A stretch of 49,974 nt of DNA from an uncultured Candidatus Rokubacteria bacterium. Its GTDB lineage: Bacteria; Methylomirabilota; Methylomirabilia; Rokubacteriales; CSP1-6. The notes beneath the pieces were generated by a model, which was not told where the DNA came from, made no database searches, and worked only from the letters and a program-made list of their open reading frames with translations. The stretch is from the NCBI GenBank assembly GCA_963754315.1, contig CAVWFS010000012.1, forward strand, positions 1 to 49,974. Direction: 5' to 3'. This document shows positions 9,292-18,580 of this stretch, one piece after another; position 1 is the first letter of the stretch, and every line of letters begins with the position of its first letter. Position numbers and translations under genes: made by a program.

Positions 9292-9335
9292 TTGGCTTCG
9301 GAGGCCAACGCTCTATCCAACTGAGCTACGGGCGC
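9292..9335 (-). pseudogene. tRNA-Arg(CCG) 5' fragment (attachment-site remnant)
   Basis: GCGCCCG TA GCTC AGTTGGATA GAGC G TTGGC CTCCGAA GCCAA, then non-tRNA sequence; no T-arm or 3' acceptor strand. Confidence 0.9.
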
Positions 9336-9353
9336 GCTCCACAACGGCACGCC

Positions 9354-9382
9354 ATCTTCGCTACTTACAGGACGGCTGTCAA
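9354..9382 (-). promoter_or_regulatory. Sigma70-like promoter of the tRNA-Arg locus
   Basis: TTGACA-17 bp-GAAGAT on the minus strand, just upstream of the tRNA 5' end. Confidence 0.55.
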
Positions 9383-9456
9383 CGAGTCTCTAGCGTAGCA
9401 TGGCTCGCCGCGCCCGAAAACGCGCCCACGCCTCCTCGCCAGCGCCTGCGCAGAGG

Positions 9457-10074
9457 CTACCCGCCGTCGTGGCGGTTCTTATAGAAGAAGTAGTCAGCCG
9501 TGTACTCCACCAGCTCCTTGTTGCCGATTTCTCCTTGGCCGCACGCGCTCGACGGCGCCTTCCCTCCAGTCGTGTTCAGCCGCTGGATATGAGTTGTCTT
9601 GGTCAGCTTCTGGCCACCGGTCGGGCCGGCCTGGGCGCCAACCACCTCGAGCAGGAACCAGGGAATGGCATCGGGTGCGACAAATTCCGGATCGAAGACT
9701 GTTGGATCATCCCCAACGGCGCTCGTGTCCTGGGAATGCTGCCACGTTGCGAAGGGCTTGTTCTCCTCATCAGGGTTGCGGCTAAGAAAGTGGGTGATGA
9801 TTTGCTTGGCGTCGTCGTTGAACAGGGTGGCCCCAAAGGGTGCCCAGCCTGAGGGCAGGCAGATGTAGTCTTGGGTGCCGACGGCGTGACCTACGAGGAA
9901 CGCCTTGGTCCCGGCGGGCGCGAGAATGTCAAGCGGCACGGGTGGCGGTGTGACCTGATCGGCGTGGGCCGCCGGCGACAACGCGACTGTGAAAACGGCG
10001 GCGAGAGCAGCGACACATGCGATGAGCATGACACGACGAGCAGTCTGAGTCTCCGGCGCATCGACCTTCTTCAT
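9457..10074 (-). CDS. DUF3455-domain secreted protein
   Basis: Signal peptide; HAVGTQDYIC, DAIPWFLL, HIQRLNTTGGKAP, EYTADYFFY; AGGAGA RBS. Confidence 0.85.
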   Translation of the reverse strand: MKKVDAPETQTARRVMLIACVAALAAVFTVALSPAAHADQVTPPPVPLDILAPAGTKAFLVGHAVGTQDYICLPSGWAPFGATLFNDDAKQIITHFLSRNPDEENKPFATWQHSQDTSAVGDDPTVFDPEFVAPDAIPWFLLEVVGAQAGPTGGQKLTKTTHIQRLNTTGGKAPSSACGQGEIGNKELVEYTADYFFYKNRHDGG

Positions 10075-10223
10075 GCTATTTCTCCTATCTCGTTTGGACG
10101 ACTAGCCCGTTTCCCATGCATTGCTGGCTGCTAGGTCTCGCGTTGCGCCTTCCTCATGACCCGGCATGACGGACAGACCATCACCTCCTGTCGATGCGCT
10201 TGGCGGAAGTCTCACGGATCCGC

Positions 10224-10639
10224 CTAGGCCGCCTTCACCTGAGCCGCTGCCTTCATGGCCCCGGCCAGCACGCCATACGCACTCGCCCACGCCGCGCGCA
10301 CCTCGGGCGTGAAGCTCGCTCCGAGGCCCTGCTCCAGAGTCCAGAGCAGCGCGGCACCCACGGTGTCGTAGTGCGCTTCGGTGACGCCGTAGCCAGCATG
10401 CCGTCGACCCAACTCACGCACCGTTGGCAGGAGTCCTTCGAGGCGCCTGAGCCCGGCCACCACGGTGCCCAGAACCGCCATGAGCTTGCGACCCTGCTCC
10501 CGCAGATCCCCACGAAACATGGGCCGAAGGGACGGGTCCAGCTCGAAGAGCTTCCCGTAGAAGAGCTGGGCGCCTGCTCCTTGATTTCAGCGACCTGCGT
10601 CCACGTGGACTCGATCAGCTCGATCTGCTCGCGTGTCAT
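10224..10639 (-). CDS. Single-domain globin (flavohaemoglobin-like globin domain); one frameshift
   Basis: MTREQIELIESTW...LFELDPSLRPMF...QGRKLM...LGRRHAGYGVTEAHYDTVGAALLWTLEQGLG...AAWASAY. Confidence 0.9.
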
Positions 10640-10710
10640 TGCTTGCCCCTTTCGCAACGCCGTCAGTCGTTGGCTGCCCGCGGCTTGCAAGACCACGTGT
10701 ACGACCCGGG

Positions 10711-10760
10711 GCGTGAAGGGGTCGTTCAGAAGAGCGTGAATTCGAGCGTGAAGGCGTGAA
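10711..10760. promoter_or_regulatory. Four GCGTGAA heptamer repeats upstream of the globin gene (possible SARP-type operator)
   Basis: Copies at 10711, 10734, 10746 and 10754, in the intergenic region directly downstream of a SARP/BTAD regulator. Confidence 0.45.
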
Positions 10761-10836
10761 ACTTAGGGGAGGGCGGTGAGACCTGGCAACCGGTCATCCC
10801 ATGTGCACGAGGTGGTTGCCCGCCCGGATCAGCGGA

Positions 10837-13800
10837 TCAGCGCGCGATCGCGGTCAACTTTGCCTCGGCTTCGCGGTGCCAGCGGTCGATGCCGAGCGCG
10901 ACACACAGCTCGCGGGCCTGTGCGAGATGTCGCCGCGCCTCGAGAACCTCTCCGGCGCTGCCAGCCAGCACGCCGAGCCCGAGATGACAGCGCGCCTCGA
11001 GGGCGCGCATTCCGAGGGCCTCGGCGATGGCGAGCGCGTTGCGATACGCTACCGCCGCTTCCCCGATAGCCGGGGAGCCGCGCCGGGCGGCGATCTCGGC
11101 GGACAGGTGAAGGGCCCAGGCCTCACTCGCCACGCTCGCGAGCAAGGGCCAGCGCGTCCATGGCCAGGCGGCTAGCCTCGTCGAGGTGTCCGGCCCCAAG
11201 GCAGACCTCGCCCAGCGCGGTCACCAGGCCGGCATACCCATACTGGAGCCGGATCGCGCGCGATTCCGTCACCGCATGTTCCAGCAACTCAAGGGCCTGC
11301 TCGGGGCGTCCCTCAAGCGCGTGGGCCGAGCCCAGTGCTCCGAGCACGCGCGGGTAGTAGAGCGGTAACTCGCCGCTGCGACACAGAGGCAGCGCGCGCT
11401 CGAGTAGCGCGATGGCGGGCTCTGAATCGCCGCGGCTCAGGTGAATGTGGGCCAGCGTGTAATACGCCCAGACCCGCGCCTGCCCGTTGTCAGCGCGCTC
11501 GGCCGCCCGGACAGCTTCCTCCGCGACGCTCAACGCGTCGACGTACTCGCCGATGTGAGCCAGGCAGAGCGCGAGCCACGTCCGCGAACCCACAGATGGC
11601 AGCAGGGTGACCGGCCGTGCGGCAGCGTCCAGCGGGGTCACCAAGTCCATCGCGACGAGCCAGCGGGTTTTTTCGATGCCTGATCGGTACTGCCCTAGCG
11701 CGAAGTACGCCCGGCCGAGTCCGACACCGGTCCAGGCCTGCAACGCCACGTCGTTGAGGCGGCGGGCGAGGGCCAAGGCTCGTTCCCCCGTTTCGCTCGC
11801 CTCATCGTGCAGACCCTCGCTTGACAGCAGATAGAGCATCCCTCCCAGGACCTGGCAAAGGCGGCGGTCGTCCCCCAGCGTTCGCGACAATTCCTCGGCG
11901 GCGCGGTAGTGATGCAGCGCGCGGCCAAAGTCGCCGAGCGAAAAGACGACGCGGGCCAGGGCGAAGTGGATCTCGAACGCCTGCTCGCTGGTTTCCCGGC
12001 TCGCGGCAAGCCGCTGGAGCGCGACCAGCGCCTGCTCGAAACAGGCCGCGGCATCAGTCCGCGCGAGCCGGGACCAGGCCGCGTGGCCAGCCTCGGTCAG
12101 GTAGCGTGACGCCTTGTCCCAGACCTCCGCCGCCCGGTAGTGAGTGCCCAGGGCAAGGGCATCGGCGGGGCGCGCGCCCGTCTGCAGTGCCTCCAGACTC
12201 TCGGCGATCCGCCGGTGCAGGACGAGTCGATGCGGGGGGAGAAGACCCGCGTGCGCCACCTCCCGGATCCGGTCGTGCGTGAACTCGAGCCCATCGCCCG
12301 ACTGGTGAAGAACGCGGTGGCGCACGAGCTCTTCCACCGCGCGAGCGGCCTCCAGCTCGGGCAGGTCGGCCGCCCGCTGCAGCAGCGGGAAGTCGCACTG
12401 GCGCCCGACGACCGCGGCCACGGCGACCAACCGCTGGCTCGGCTCGCCCAGACGCTCGAGGCGCCGGGCGATGAGGTCATGCACGCGGCTGGGCAGCATC
12501 GTGCGGCCGTCGGCCTGCGCTCCGCGCTCGTGCCGGAGCGCGCGCACGATTTCCACCGCGACGAAGGGATTCCCTTCGCTCGTCCGCCAGACCTGCTCCT
12601 CGATCGCCGCGCGCTCCGCCGACGTCGTGCCGTCCTCCACCAGGCGCGCGGTGAGGGCCACGGTCGCTTCGCGAGAGAGCGGGGCCAGTCGCACCCGGAC
12701 CAAGCGCTGGTCACGCTCCAGCTCGCCCAGGGTTTGACCGAGGAGCGGGGCCATCGCCAGGTCTTCATCGCGCGCTGTGGCGATGAGCAAGGTCCGCGAG
12801 CCGGTCAGCCGGCGGCCGGCAAAGGCCAGCAGGCGAAGGCTCATCTCATCGGCCCAGTGCTGATCCTCGAACATCACCACGACCGGACGTTTCGCGGCGA
12901 GGTGATGGAGCACCTGGACGACAGCCTCGAACAGGTTCCGGGGCGCAGCGTCGCTACGCGCCGTCGGCGCTCCCACACCGACCTCGGGCAGCAGGCGCGC
13001 CAGCTCGGCGCGCCAGACCGGTGCCAGCCCTGTGACGAGCGAGTCGTTGTCGGCGACCCGCGCGCTTCGCAGCGCATCGACCCATGGCGCGAAGGGTAGC
13101 GCCTGCTCGGTCTCGTAACACCGTCCGAGCATGACCTGACAGCCGCGAGACGCCGCGATCGCCGCGATCTCGGCGGCCAGCCGGCTCTTACCGATACCCG
13201 CTTCGCCAAGCACGACGACGAGCTGGCCGTCGCCGGCCAGCGCGCGGGCCAAGGCCTCCCCCAGGGTTGACAGCTCGGCGTCCCGGCCCACCAGAGGTGT
13301 CTCCGGAGCCGCGCCGATGGGTCGGGCGCCCGCCCCGGCGCCACATCCATCGCGTCCTGTGCGGGCGAGGCATCCTCCTCGACAGGCGGCGAATGCCGGC
13401 GCAGGATCTCCTGATAGAGCGCCTTGGTCTCCAGCTCCGGCTCCGTGTGCAGTTCGCGCTCGAGGACCGCAACGCACACCTGGTACTGGCGCAGGGCCGT
13501 GCTCCGGCGCCCGAGCTGAACGTACAGACGCATGAGCGCTCGGTGCACGGGTTCCTGCAGCGGATCGAGGACCAGCAGCCGCAGGGCCGTTTGCACGGCG
13601 GCCTCGGTAGCGCCGTCGGCGCGCTGCTGGGCCAGGAGCCTGGCGAAGGCAGCCAGGGCAAGCTCGTGCAAGCGCTCGCGCTCTCCCAGTAGCCATTCCT
13701 GGAACGGGGCTTCGCTCAGGGCAAGCTCGGCGAGAAGGTCGCCCTGGTACAGGGCCGCGGCCTGCTCCAGCGCCTCGCGTGTGCCTGCCTGCACGTTCTG

Positions 13801-14115
13801 CTGAAAGGCCAGCACGTCGACGGCGACGGCGGCCGGGTCGAGAGCGACGGTCCCAAGGTCGGCGCGAAGAACGTCCACTCCCGCCAAGGCTCGGCGAATG
13901 GAAGTCAGCGCCTGACGAAGGCTGGCGCGGGCCTGAGGCTGGCGCATGTCGCCCCAGAGCAGCCCGGCGAGCTTGTCGCGTGGATGGGACTGGCCGAGCG
14001 GCAGGGCGAGATAGGCAAGGAGGGCCTGGGCCCTCCGCGTCGGCAGCACCAGCGGCGGGCCCGAATCCACCCGGGCGCGGAAGACACCAAGGAGTGTTAG
14101 GGCCAGCCGCGCCAT
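10837..14115 (-). CDS. SARP-family (wHTH-BTAD) AAA ATPase/TPR transcriptional regulator; two frameshifts
   Basis: LTLLGVF, RDKLAGLLW, ALYQGDLL, LDPLQEPVHRALMRLY (BTAD); LVGRDAEL, GEAGIGKSRL, EDQHWADEMS, EGNPF, FTHDRIRE; TPR-like C-terminus. Confidence 0.9.
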
Positions 14116-14166
14116 CGCCTGATCCCACCAGTCGCGGCTAAATCCGACATGGTCGGCGCCGGGGTT

Positions 14167-14244
14167 TGGGGTGACCGATGGGAATCGAACCCACAACCCC
14201 TGGAGCCACAGTCCAGTGCTCTGACCAATTGAGCTACGGTCACC
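14167..14244 (-). tRNA. tRNA-His(GTG) with G-1 and encoded CCA
   Basis: G GTGACCG TA GCTC...CTGGA CTGTGGC TCCAG...GTGGG TTCGATT CCCAT CGGTCAC C CCA. Confidence 0.97.
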
Positions 14245-14263
14245 GCGACAGACGTAAGCTTTT

Positions 14264-14293
14264 ATCCTACAGAAGCGTAACAAGCAGTGTCAA
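14264..14293 (-). promoter_or_regulatory. Sigma70 promoter for tRNA-His
   Basis: TTGACA-18 bp-TAGGAT on the minus strand. Confidence 0.65.
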
Positions 14294-15171
14294 TCGGAGG
14301 TCGCTTCGAGCGCCGCTCGCATCGCGCGCAATCCGTCCTCCGGACCGCGCAACGAGGTGGCCAGCAGCGCCTGGGCTCGATCGATGCGGAGCCCCGCGCG
14401 CAGCGGGCGGGCCGCGCGTTGGCCGAGCGCGGAGGTCGGCACAGCGTCGATGAGAGTCTCGTCGAATCCGAACACCCGGCACACGAGACGCGCAAAGGCA
14501 TGACGATCGAGCACGGCGGGGCCGGCGACGTGGAATACGCCCTGAAGGGCTCGTGTCGCCAGGGCCACGCTGGCCGCGGCCAGATCCACGTTGTAGGTGG
14601 GGCTGCAGAGCTGGTCGCCGGGAATGCGCAGGCGCTCGCCGGCCCGCGTACGTCGCAGGGTCTGGTAGACGGTGTTCTTGCCCTGCGGCTCCGGTCCGTA
14701 GACGACCGCCGTGCGGATGATGAGGGCCTGGGAATTTTCGTCGCGGACGGCCTGCTCCCCCTGAAGCTTGCTTTGGCCGTAGATCGAGATCGGCTGGACC
14801 GGATCGTCCTCCGCGTAGGGACCGTTCTCACCGTCGAACACGTAGTCGGTGGAATAGTAGACGACCCCAGCCCCCTGCTTGGCGGCCGCCCGCGCCGCCA
14901 CCGCCGCCGCGTCGCGATTCACACGGAACGCCTCGTCGGGATGCTCCTCGCAGTAGTCGACGAACGTCAGAGCCCCTACGCAGAAGACCCAGTCTGGCGC
15001 CGTCTGGGCAATCAGCTGCTCCGTCCCTCGGAAATCGGTCATGTCGAGCTGGCAAAGGCCTGGCCGAGGCACGTTGGCGTACGTCCCCACCCACTCATGC
15101 CCGCCCGCGGTCAAGCGCTCACCCAGCGCGGCGCCCACCTGCCCCGAAGCGCCAATCACCAGCGCGCGCAT
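14290..15171 (-). CDS. rfbD: dTDP-4-dehydrorhamnose reductase family SDR
   Basis: GASGQVG, STDYVFDG, YGQSKLQGE, IIRTAVVYG, DQLCSPTY. Confidence 0.85.
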   Translation of the reverse strand: MRALVIGASGQVGAALGERLTAGGHEWVGTYANVPRPGLCQLDMTDFRGTEQLIAQTAPDWVFCVGALTFVDYCEEHPDEAFRVNRDAAAVAARAAAKQGAGVVYYSTDYVFDGENGPYAEDDPVQPISIYGQSKLQGEQAVRDENSQALIIRTAVVYGPEPQGKNTVYQTLRRTRAGERLRIPGDQLCSPTYNVDLAAASVALATRALQGVFHVAGPAVLDRHAFARLVCRVFGFDETLIDAVPTSALGQRAARPLRAGLRIDRAQALLATSLRGPEDGLRAMRAALEATSD

Positions 15172-15240
15172 GTCGCGATCAGGAATTCAGCGGCCGCGCT
15201 GGGCCGGAGAGCATGGGGCGACCTTCGAGATCGCCCATGC

Positions 15241-16035
15241 TCAGGAATCGCCCTCGCGCGGCGAGGGACCTCCGTCCACGACGATCGTCTCGCCGGTCAT
15301 GAACGCTGAAGCGTCCGATGCCAGGAAGATGCACGGGTAGGCGATCTCCTCCACCTTTCCCCAGCGGCCCATCCCCACTCGCGAGGCCACGCGGTCGTAG
15401 ATTTCCTTGGCGTCCTTCTCAGTCTTGTGGAGCACATCCAGGTACCCCTCGGTCTCGATGGGTCCCGGGGCGATGCAGTTGACGCGAACACCCTTCCGGC
15501 CCCACGCCACGCCCAGCTCGCGGGTGAGCATGATGACGGCGGACTTGGCAGCCCCGTAGTGCGACATCATCGTGGAGCCGTACACACCAGCCGTCGAGGC
15601 GATGTTGATGATGACCCCCTGTCCCTGTGCCATCATCTGCAGGCCCGCATGCTTGCAGCCGAGGAAGACGCCGTTCAGGTTGATGCCGACCACCGAGTTC
15701 CAGCCGTTGAGCGAGATGTTCTCGAACTTGGCCCGGAAGGAGGCGCCGGCGTTATTCACCATGATGTCGAGCCGGCCGAACTCACTCACGGCGCGGTCGA
15801 TCATGGCCTTCACCTGGTCCTCGTTGCGCACGTCGACGGCCATCGCGAACGACTTCCGGCCGCAGTCGCGGACGGCCTTGGCTACCGCCTCGCAGTTCTC
15901 GATCTTGCGGCTACACACGGCGACGTCGGCCCCGGCGCGCGCAAACTCGAGAGCGATGGACTTGCCGATCCCAACCCCACCCCCGGTGACGATCGCGGTC
16001 TTTCCGGCAATGGAAAACGCTGACGGTGTCGTCAT
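15241..16035 (-). CDS. Classical SDR oxidoreductase
   Basis: TGGGVGIG, NNAG, YGAAK, VRVNCIAPG, TGETIVVDGG; true start MTTPSAFS at 16035. Confidence 0.9.
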   Translation of the reverse strand: MTTPSAFSIAGKTAIVTGGGVGIGKSIALEFARAGADVAVCSRKIENCEAVAKAVRDCGRKSFAMAVDVRNEDQVKAMIDRAVSEFGRLDIMVNNAGASFRAKFENISLNGWNSVVGINLNGVFLGCKHAGLQMMAQGQGVIINIASTAGVYGSTMMSHYGAAKSAVIMLTRELGVAWGRKGVRVNCIAPGPIETEGYLDVLHKTEKDAKEIYDRVASRVGMGRWGKVEEIAYPCIFLASDASAFMTGETIVVDGGPSPREGDS

Positions 16036-16109
16036 GAGCGGAACCTTAACATGGCCAGCCCGCGAGGCGCGACCTCCTCTCGGCGGTGCGACCTCACCGG
16101 ACCGCCATC

Positions 16110-16631
16110 CTAGGGGCGGGGAGCGGCCGCCGGCGGCCTGGCCGAGGCCGGAACCTCGTCGCGCGTGAGCTCGACCTTGCCCTGCGGACCCCACCGGAAC
16201 GTCGAGCTGCCGTTGCCGGCCAGTCGGTCCGGCTGGACCGTGGTCAGCACCAGTTCCTGATCGCCATCGGCGGGCGAGGCATAGAGCACGACGGTCGTGC
16301 GGCCGGTGAAGGACGCGACCCGTCCGCTGACGCTGGTGGACACGGGCTCCCCGCGCACCTCGAAGGTAATCACCCCGGAGAGCGTGGGGCCCCTCTCGCG
16401 GGTTATGACCGAATCGATCGGGATCGGGCCGACGTTGAGCGTCGACGGCGCGAATGCCATATCGTCGCCGGTGAGGGTGATCACCACCTGCGCCGTACCC
16501 CACACGCCGCGCCAGGTCCCCCGCAAGTCCGGAATCTTCGTGCCGGGCGGCAGCGACTGCAGGCGCGGTCCGCAGCCCGCCGCGATCGCGAGCACGGTGA
16601 CGACGGCGAGCGCGACCCGCCGACCTCTCAC
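16110..16631 (-). CDS. Hypothetical lipoprotein
   Basis: Signal peptide with lipobox AAGC; paralogous to the neighbour at 16628..17113. Confidence 0.75.
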   Translation of the reverse strand: MRGRRVALAVVTVLAIAAGCGPRLQSLPPGTKIPDLRGTWRGVWGTAQVVITLTGDDMAFAPSTLNVGPIPIDSVITRERGPTLSGVITFEVRGEPVSTSVSGRVASFTGRTTVVLYASPADGDQELVLTTVQPDRLAGNGSSTFRWGPQGKVELTRDEVPASARPPAAAPRP

Positions 16632-17113
16632 TTGACCTCACGTTTGAGATCGATGGCGCCCGATGGTCCCCACTGCTGGGTCGTCGTGCCGGTCCCAGTC
16701 ATCTGCTGGGGCGTGACCGTGGTGAAGACGAGCTCCTGGGAGTCATTCCAGTTCCAGCCGGGCTGCCCGTTCACCACGAGTGTGAGTCGCCCATTGAAGA
16801 TCCCCATGCGGCCGCTCACGCTCAGGGAGAGAGGCCCGGCGCGCCCGTCGGTGGACAAGGTGCCCCTCACCTCGCCGTCGTTCTGCCCCACCACGCTCTG
16901 GGCAAAGTTCGAGAAGCCGGACAGGGCCTGGCCCACGAACGCGCTTTCGTTCCGCCTGAAGATCACGAGGGTCGTCGGGGCCCCGCCCCAGGTGCCCCTC
17001 CAGGTGCCCGAGAGATCGGGCCATCCGGCCGGAACCGGGGGCGGCGGCTGTTGCGCGCTCGCGACCGACGCCAGGAGAACGAGCGCTGCCGTTGCGAGCA
17101 GTCTGATCTTCAT
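16628..17113 (-). CDS. Hypothetical secreted protein
   Basis: GGAGG RBS; signal peptide MKIRLLATAALVLLASVASA; shares PDLxGTWRGxWG, SGR, QELV and WGPxG with the neighbour. Confidence 0.75.
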   Translation of the reverse strand: MKIRLLATAALVLLASVASAQQPPPPVPAGWPDLSGTWRGTWGGAPTTLVIFRRNESAFVGQALSGFSNFAQSVVGQNDGEVRGTLSTDGRAGPLSLSVSGRMGIFNGRLTLVVNGQPGWNWNDSQELVFTTVTPQQMTGTGTTTQQWGPSGAIDLKREVK

Positions 17114-17145
17114 GCCGACCTCCCTACCCCATCGCCCAGAAGGAA

Positions 17146-17222
17146 TGGTCGGGGTGAGAGGATTTGAACCTCCGACCCCCTGCTCCCAAAGCAGGTGCGC
17201 TACCAGGCTGCGCCACACCCCG
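17146..17222 (-). tRNA. tRNA-Pro(TGG)
   Basis: CGGGGTG TG GCGC AGCCTGGTA GCGC A CCTGC TTTGGGA GCAGG...GGTTCAAATCC...CACCCCG A CCA. Confidence 0.97.
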
Positions 17223-17241
17223 ATCGACCGACCATCACGAC

Positions 17242-17841
17242 TCATTCTATCGCGCCCAGGAGCCGGCGCGCGGCAGCGACCGCGTGGGCGCGGTGGCTCA
17301 CGCGGGCTTTCTCGTCCTCGGTCAGCTCGGCCAATGTCCGCCCGAGGGGCGGATAGAAGAACACCGGGTCGTAGCCGAAGCCCCCGCGGCCACGTGGCGC
17401 CTCGATGATGACTCCTTCGACGGTGCCCTCGACCAGCCGCTCGCGGCCATCGGGCTCGACAAGGGCGATCACGCAACGAAACCGCGCTCCACGCTCGGCC
17501 GCCGGTACCGAACGCAACGCGTCGAGGAGCAGGCGAACGCGGCCAAGGTCGTCGAGCCCGGGGCCGCCGTAACGAGCCGATCGGAGTCCGGGAGCACCGC
17601 CGAGGGCGTCCACCTCCAGACCGGAGTCGTCGGCGAGCACCAGGCACCCGGTGAGACTCGCCGCCGCGCGCGCCTTGAGGAGTGCATTGCCAGCGTACGT
17701 GTCGGCCGTCTCGTCGGGCAAGGCGGCACCCGGCCAGTCAGCCAGCATCCGGATCTCGTACGGCACGCCGGCCAGGAGAGCAACGAGCTCGCGCCCCTTG
17801 GCGCGATTGAGCGTCGCCACGACCAACCTCGGCCTGGTCAG
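17242..17841 (-). CDS. rdgB: Non-canonical purine NTP pyrophosphatase (RdgB/HAM1)
   Basis: VVATLNRAK, LADDSGLEVDALGGAPG, GFGYDPVF, KARVSHRA; follows rph. Start approximate. Confidence 0.92.
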   Translation of the reverse strand: MTRPRLVVATLNRAKGRELVALLAGVPYEIRMLADWPGAALPDETADTYAGNALLKARAAASLTGCLVLADDSGLEVDALGGAPGLRSARYGGPGLDDLGRVRLLLDALRSVPAAERGARFRCVIALVEPDGRERLVEGTVEGVIIEAPRGRGGFGYDPVFFYPPLGRTLAELTEDEKARVSHRAHAVAAARRLLGAIE

Positions 17842-17848
17842 GGAACCC

Positions 17849-18580
17849 CTACAGGGTGAACGTCCGCTCGGCACGCGCGCCGATGGCGCGACGCTGAAGC
17901 CCGACGAGGCGGCGGATGCCGCTCTCGGCGACGAGCAGGAGCTGATCGAGACGGTCGCGCTGAAACGGTACGCCCTCCGCCGTGCCCTGCACCTCCACGA
18001 ACGCTCCCGCCCCCGTCATGACCACGTTCATGTCGACGTCGGCCGTGGAGTCCTCGACATAGTTCAGGTCCAGAGTCGGCTCCCCTTTGACGAGCCCGAC
18101 GCTGATGGCGGCCACGCAATCGCGAATGGCGGCGGCCGCCTGCGAGCCCGGAAGCCGGGCCACCGCGTCAGCCAGCGCGATGAAGCCGCCCGTGATGGCG
18201 GCCGTGCGCGTACCCCCGTCGGCCTGGATCACGTCGCAGTCGATCCAGATGGTACGCTCGCCGAGCTTGCTCCGCTCGACCACCGCGCGGAGCGCCCGTC
18301 CAACCAGGCGCTGGATCTCCTGCGACCGCCCGCTCGGCCCGCGGTTCTCGCGCGGGCTGCGCGTGTTCGTCGAGCGCGGCAGCATGGCGTACTCGGCGGT
18401 CACCCACCCGAGGCCCTGCCCTTTGAGGAAGGACGGAACCTTGTCCTCGACGGTGGCCGTACAGATGACCTTGGTGGCCCCGAACTCCACCAGCACTGAG
18501 CCTTCCGGATGCGTCAGAAAGTCTCGCGTGACCGAGATGGGGCGAAGCTGGTCCCAGGCGCGACCGTCGGGACGGGCCAT
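17849..18580 (-). CDS. rph: Ribonuclease PH
   Basis: [65 protein letters not shown]. Confidence 0.97.
   Translation of the reverse strand: MARPDGRAWDQLRPISVTRDFLTHPEGSVLVEFGATKVICTATVEDKVPSFLKGQGLGWVTAEYAMLPRSTNTRSPRENRGPSGRSQEIQRLVGRALRAVVERSKLGERTIWIDCDVIQADGGTRTAAITGGFIALADAVARLPGSQAAAAIRDCVAAISVGLVKGEPTLDLNYVEDSTADVDMNVVMTGAGAFVEVQGTAEGVPFQRDRLDQLLLVAESGIRRLVGLQRRAIGARAERTFTL

Larger units (their letters stand above)
1..9335 (-). mobile_element. Right end of integrated prophage/ICE-like element, bounded by a tRNA-Arg(CCG) 5' fragment; continues beyond window start
   Basis: Co-oriented phage-type replication genes (Prim-Pol, DnaB, initiator, HNH-like, Hjc-like), truncated tRNA at the junction and arm-type-like direct repeats next to it. 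No integrase is visible in the window. Confidence 0.8.

Noticed and set aside
9230..9335. Intron-containing or permuted tRNA-Arg
   Set aside because: The break is after the complete anticodon stem, not in the loop; it is followed by a terminator, and no 3' half or group I core is found in the window.
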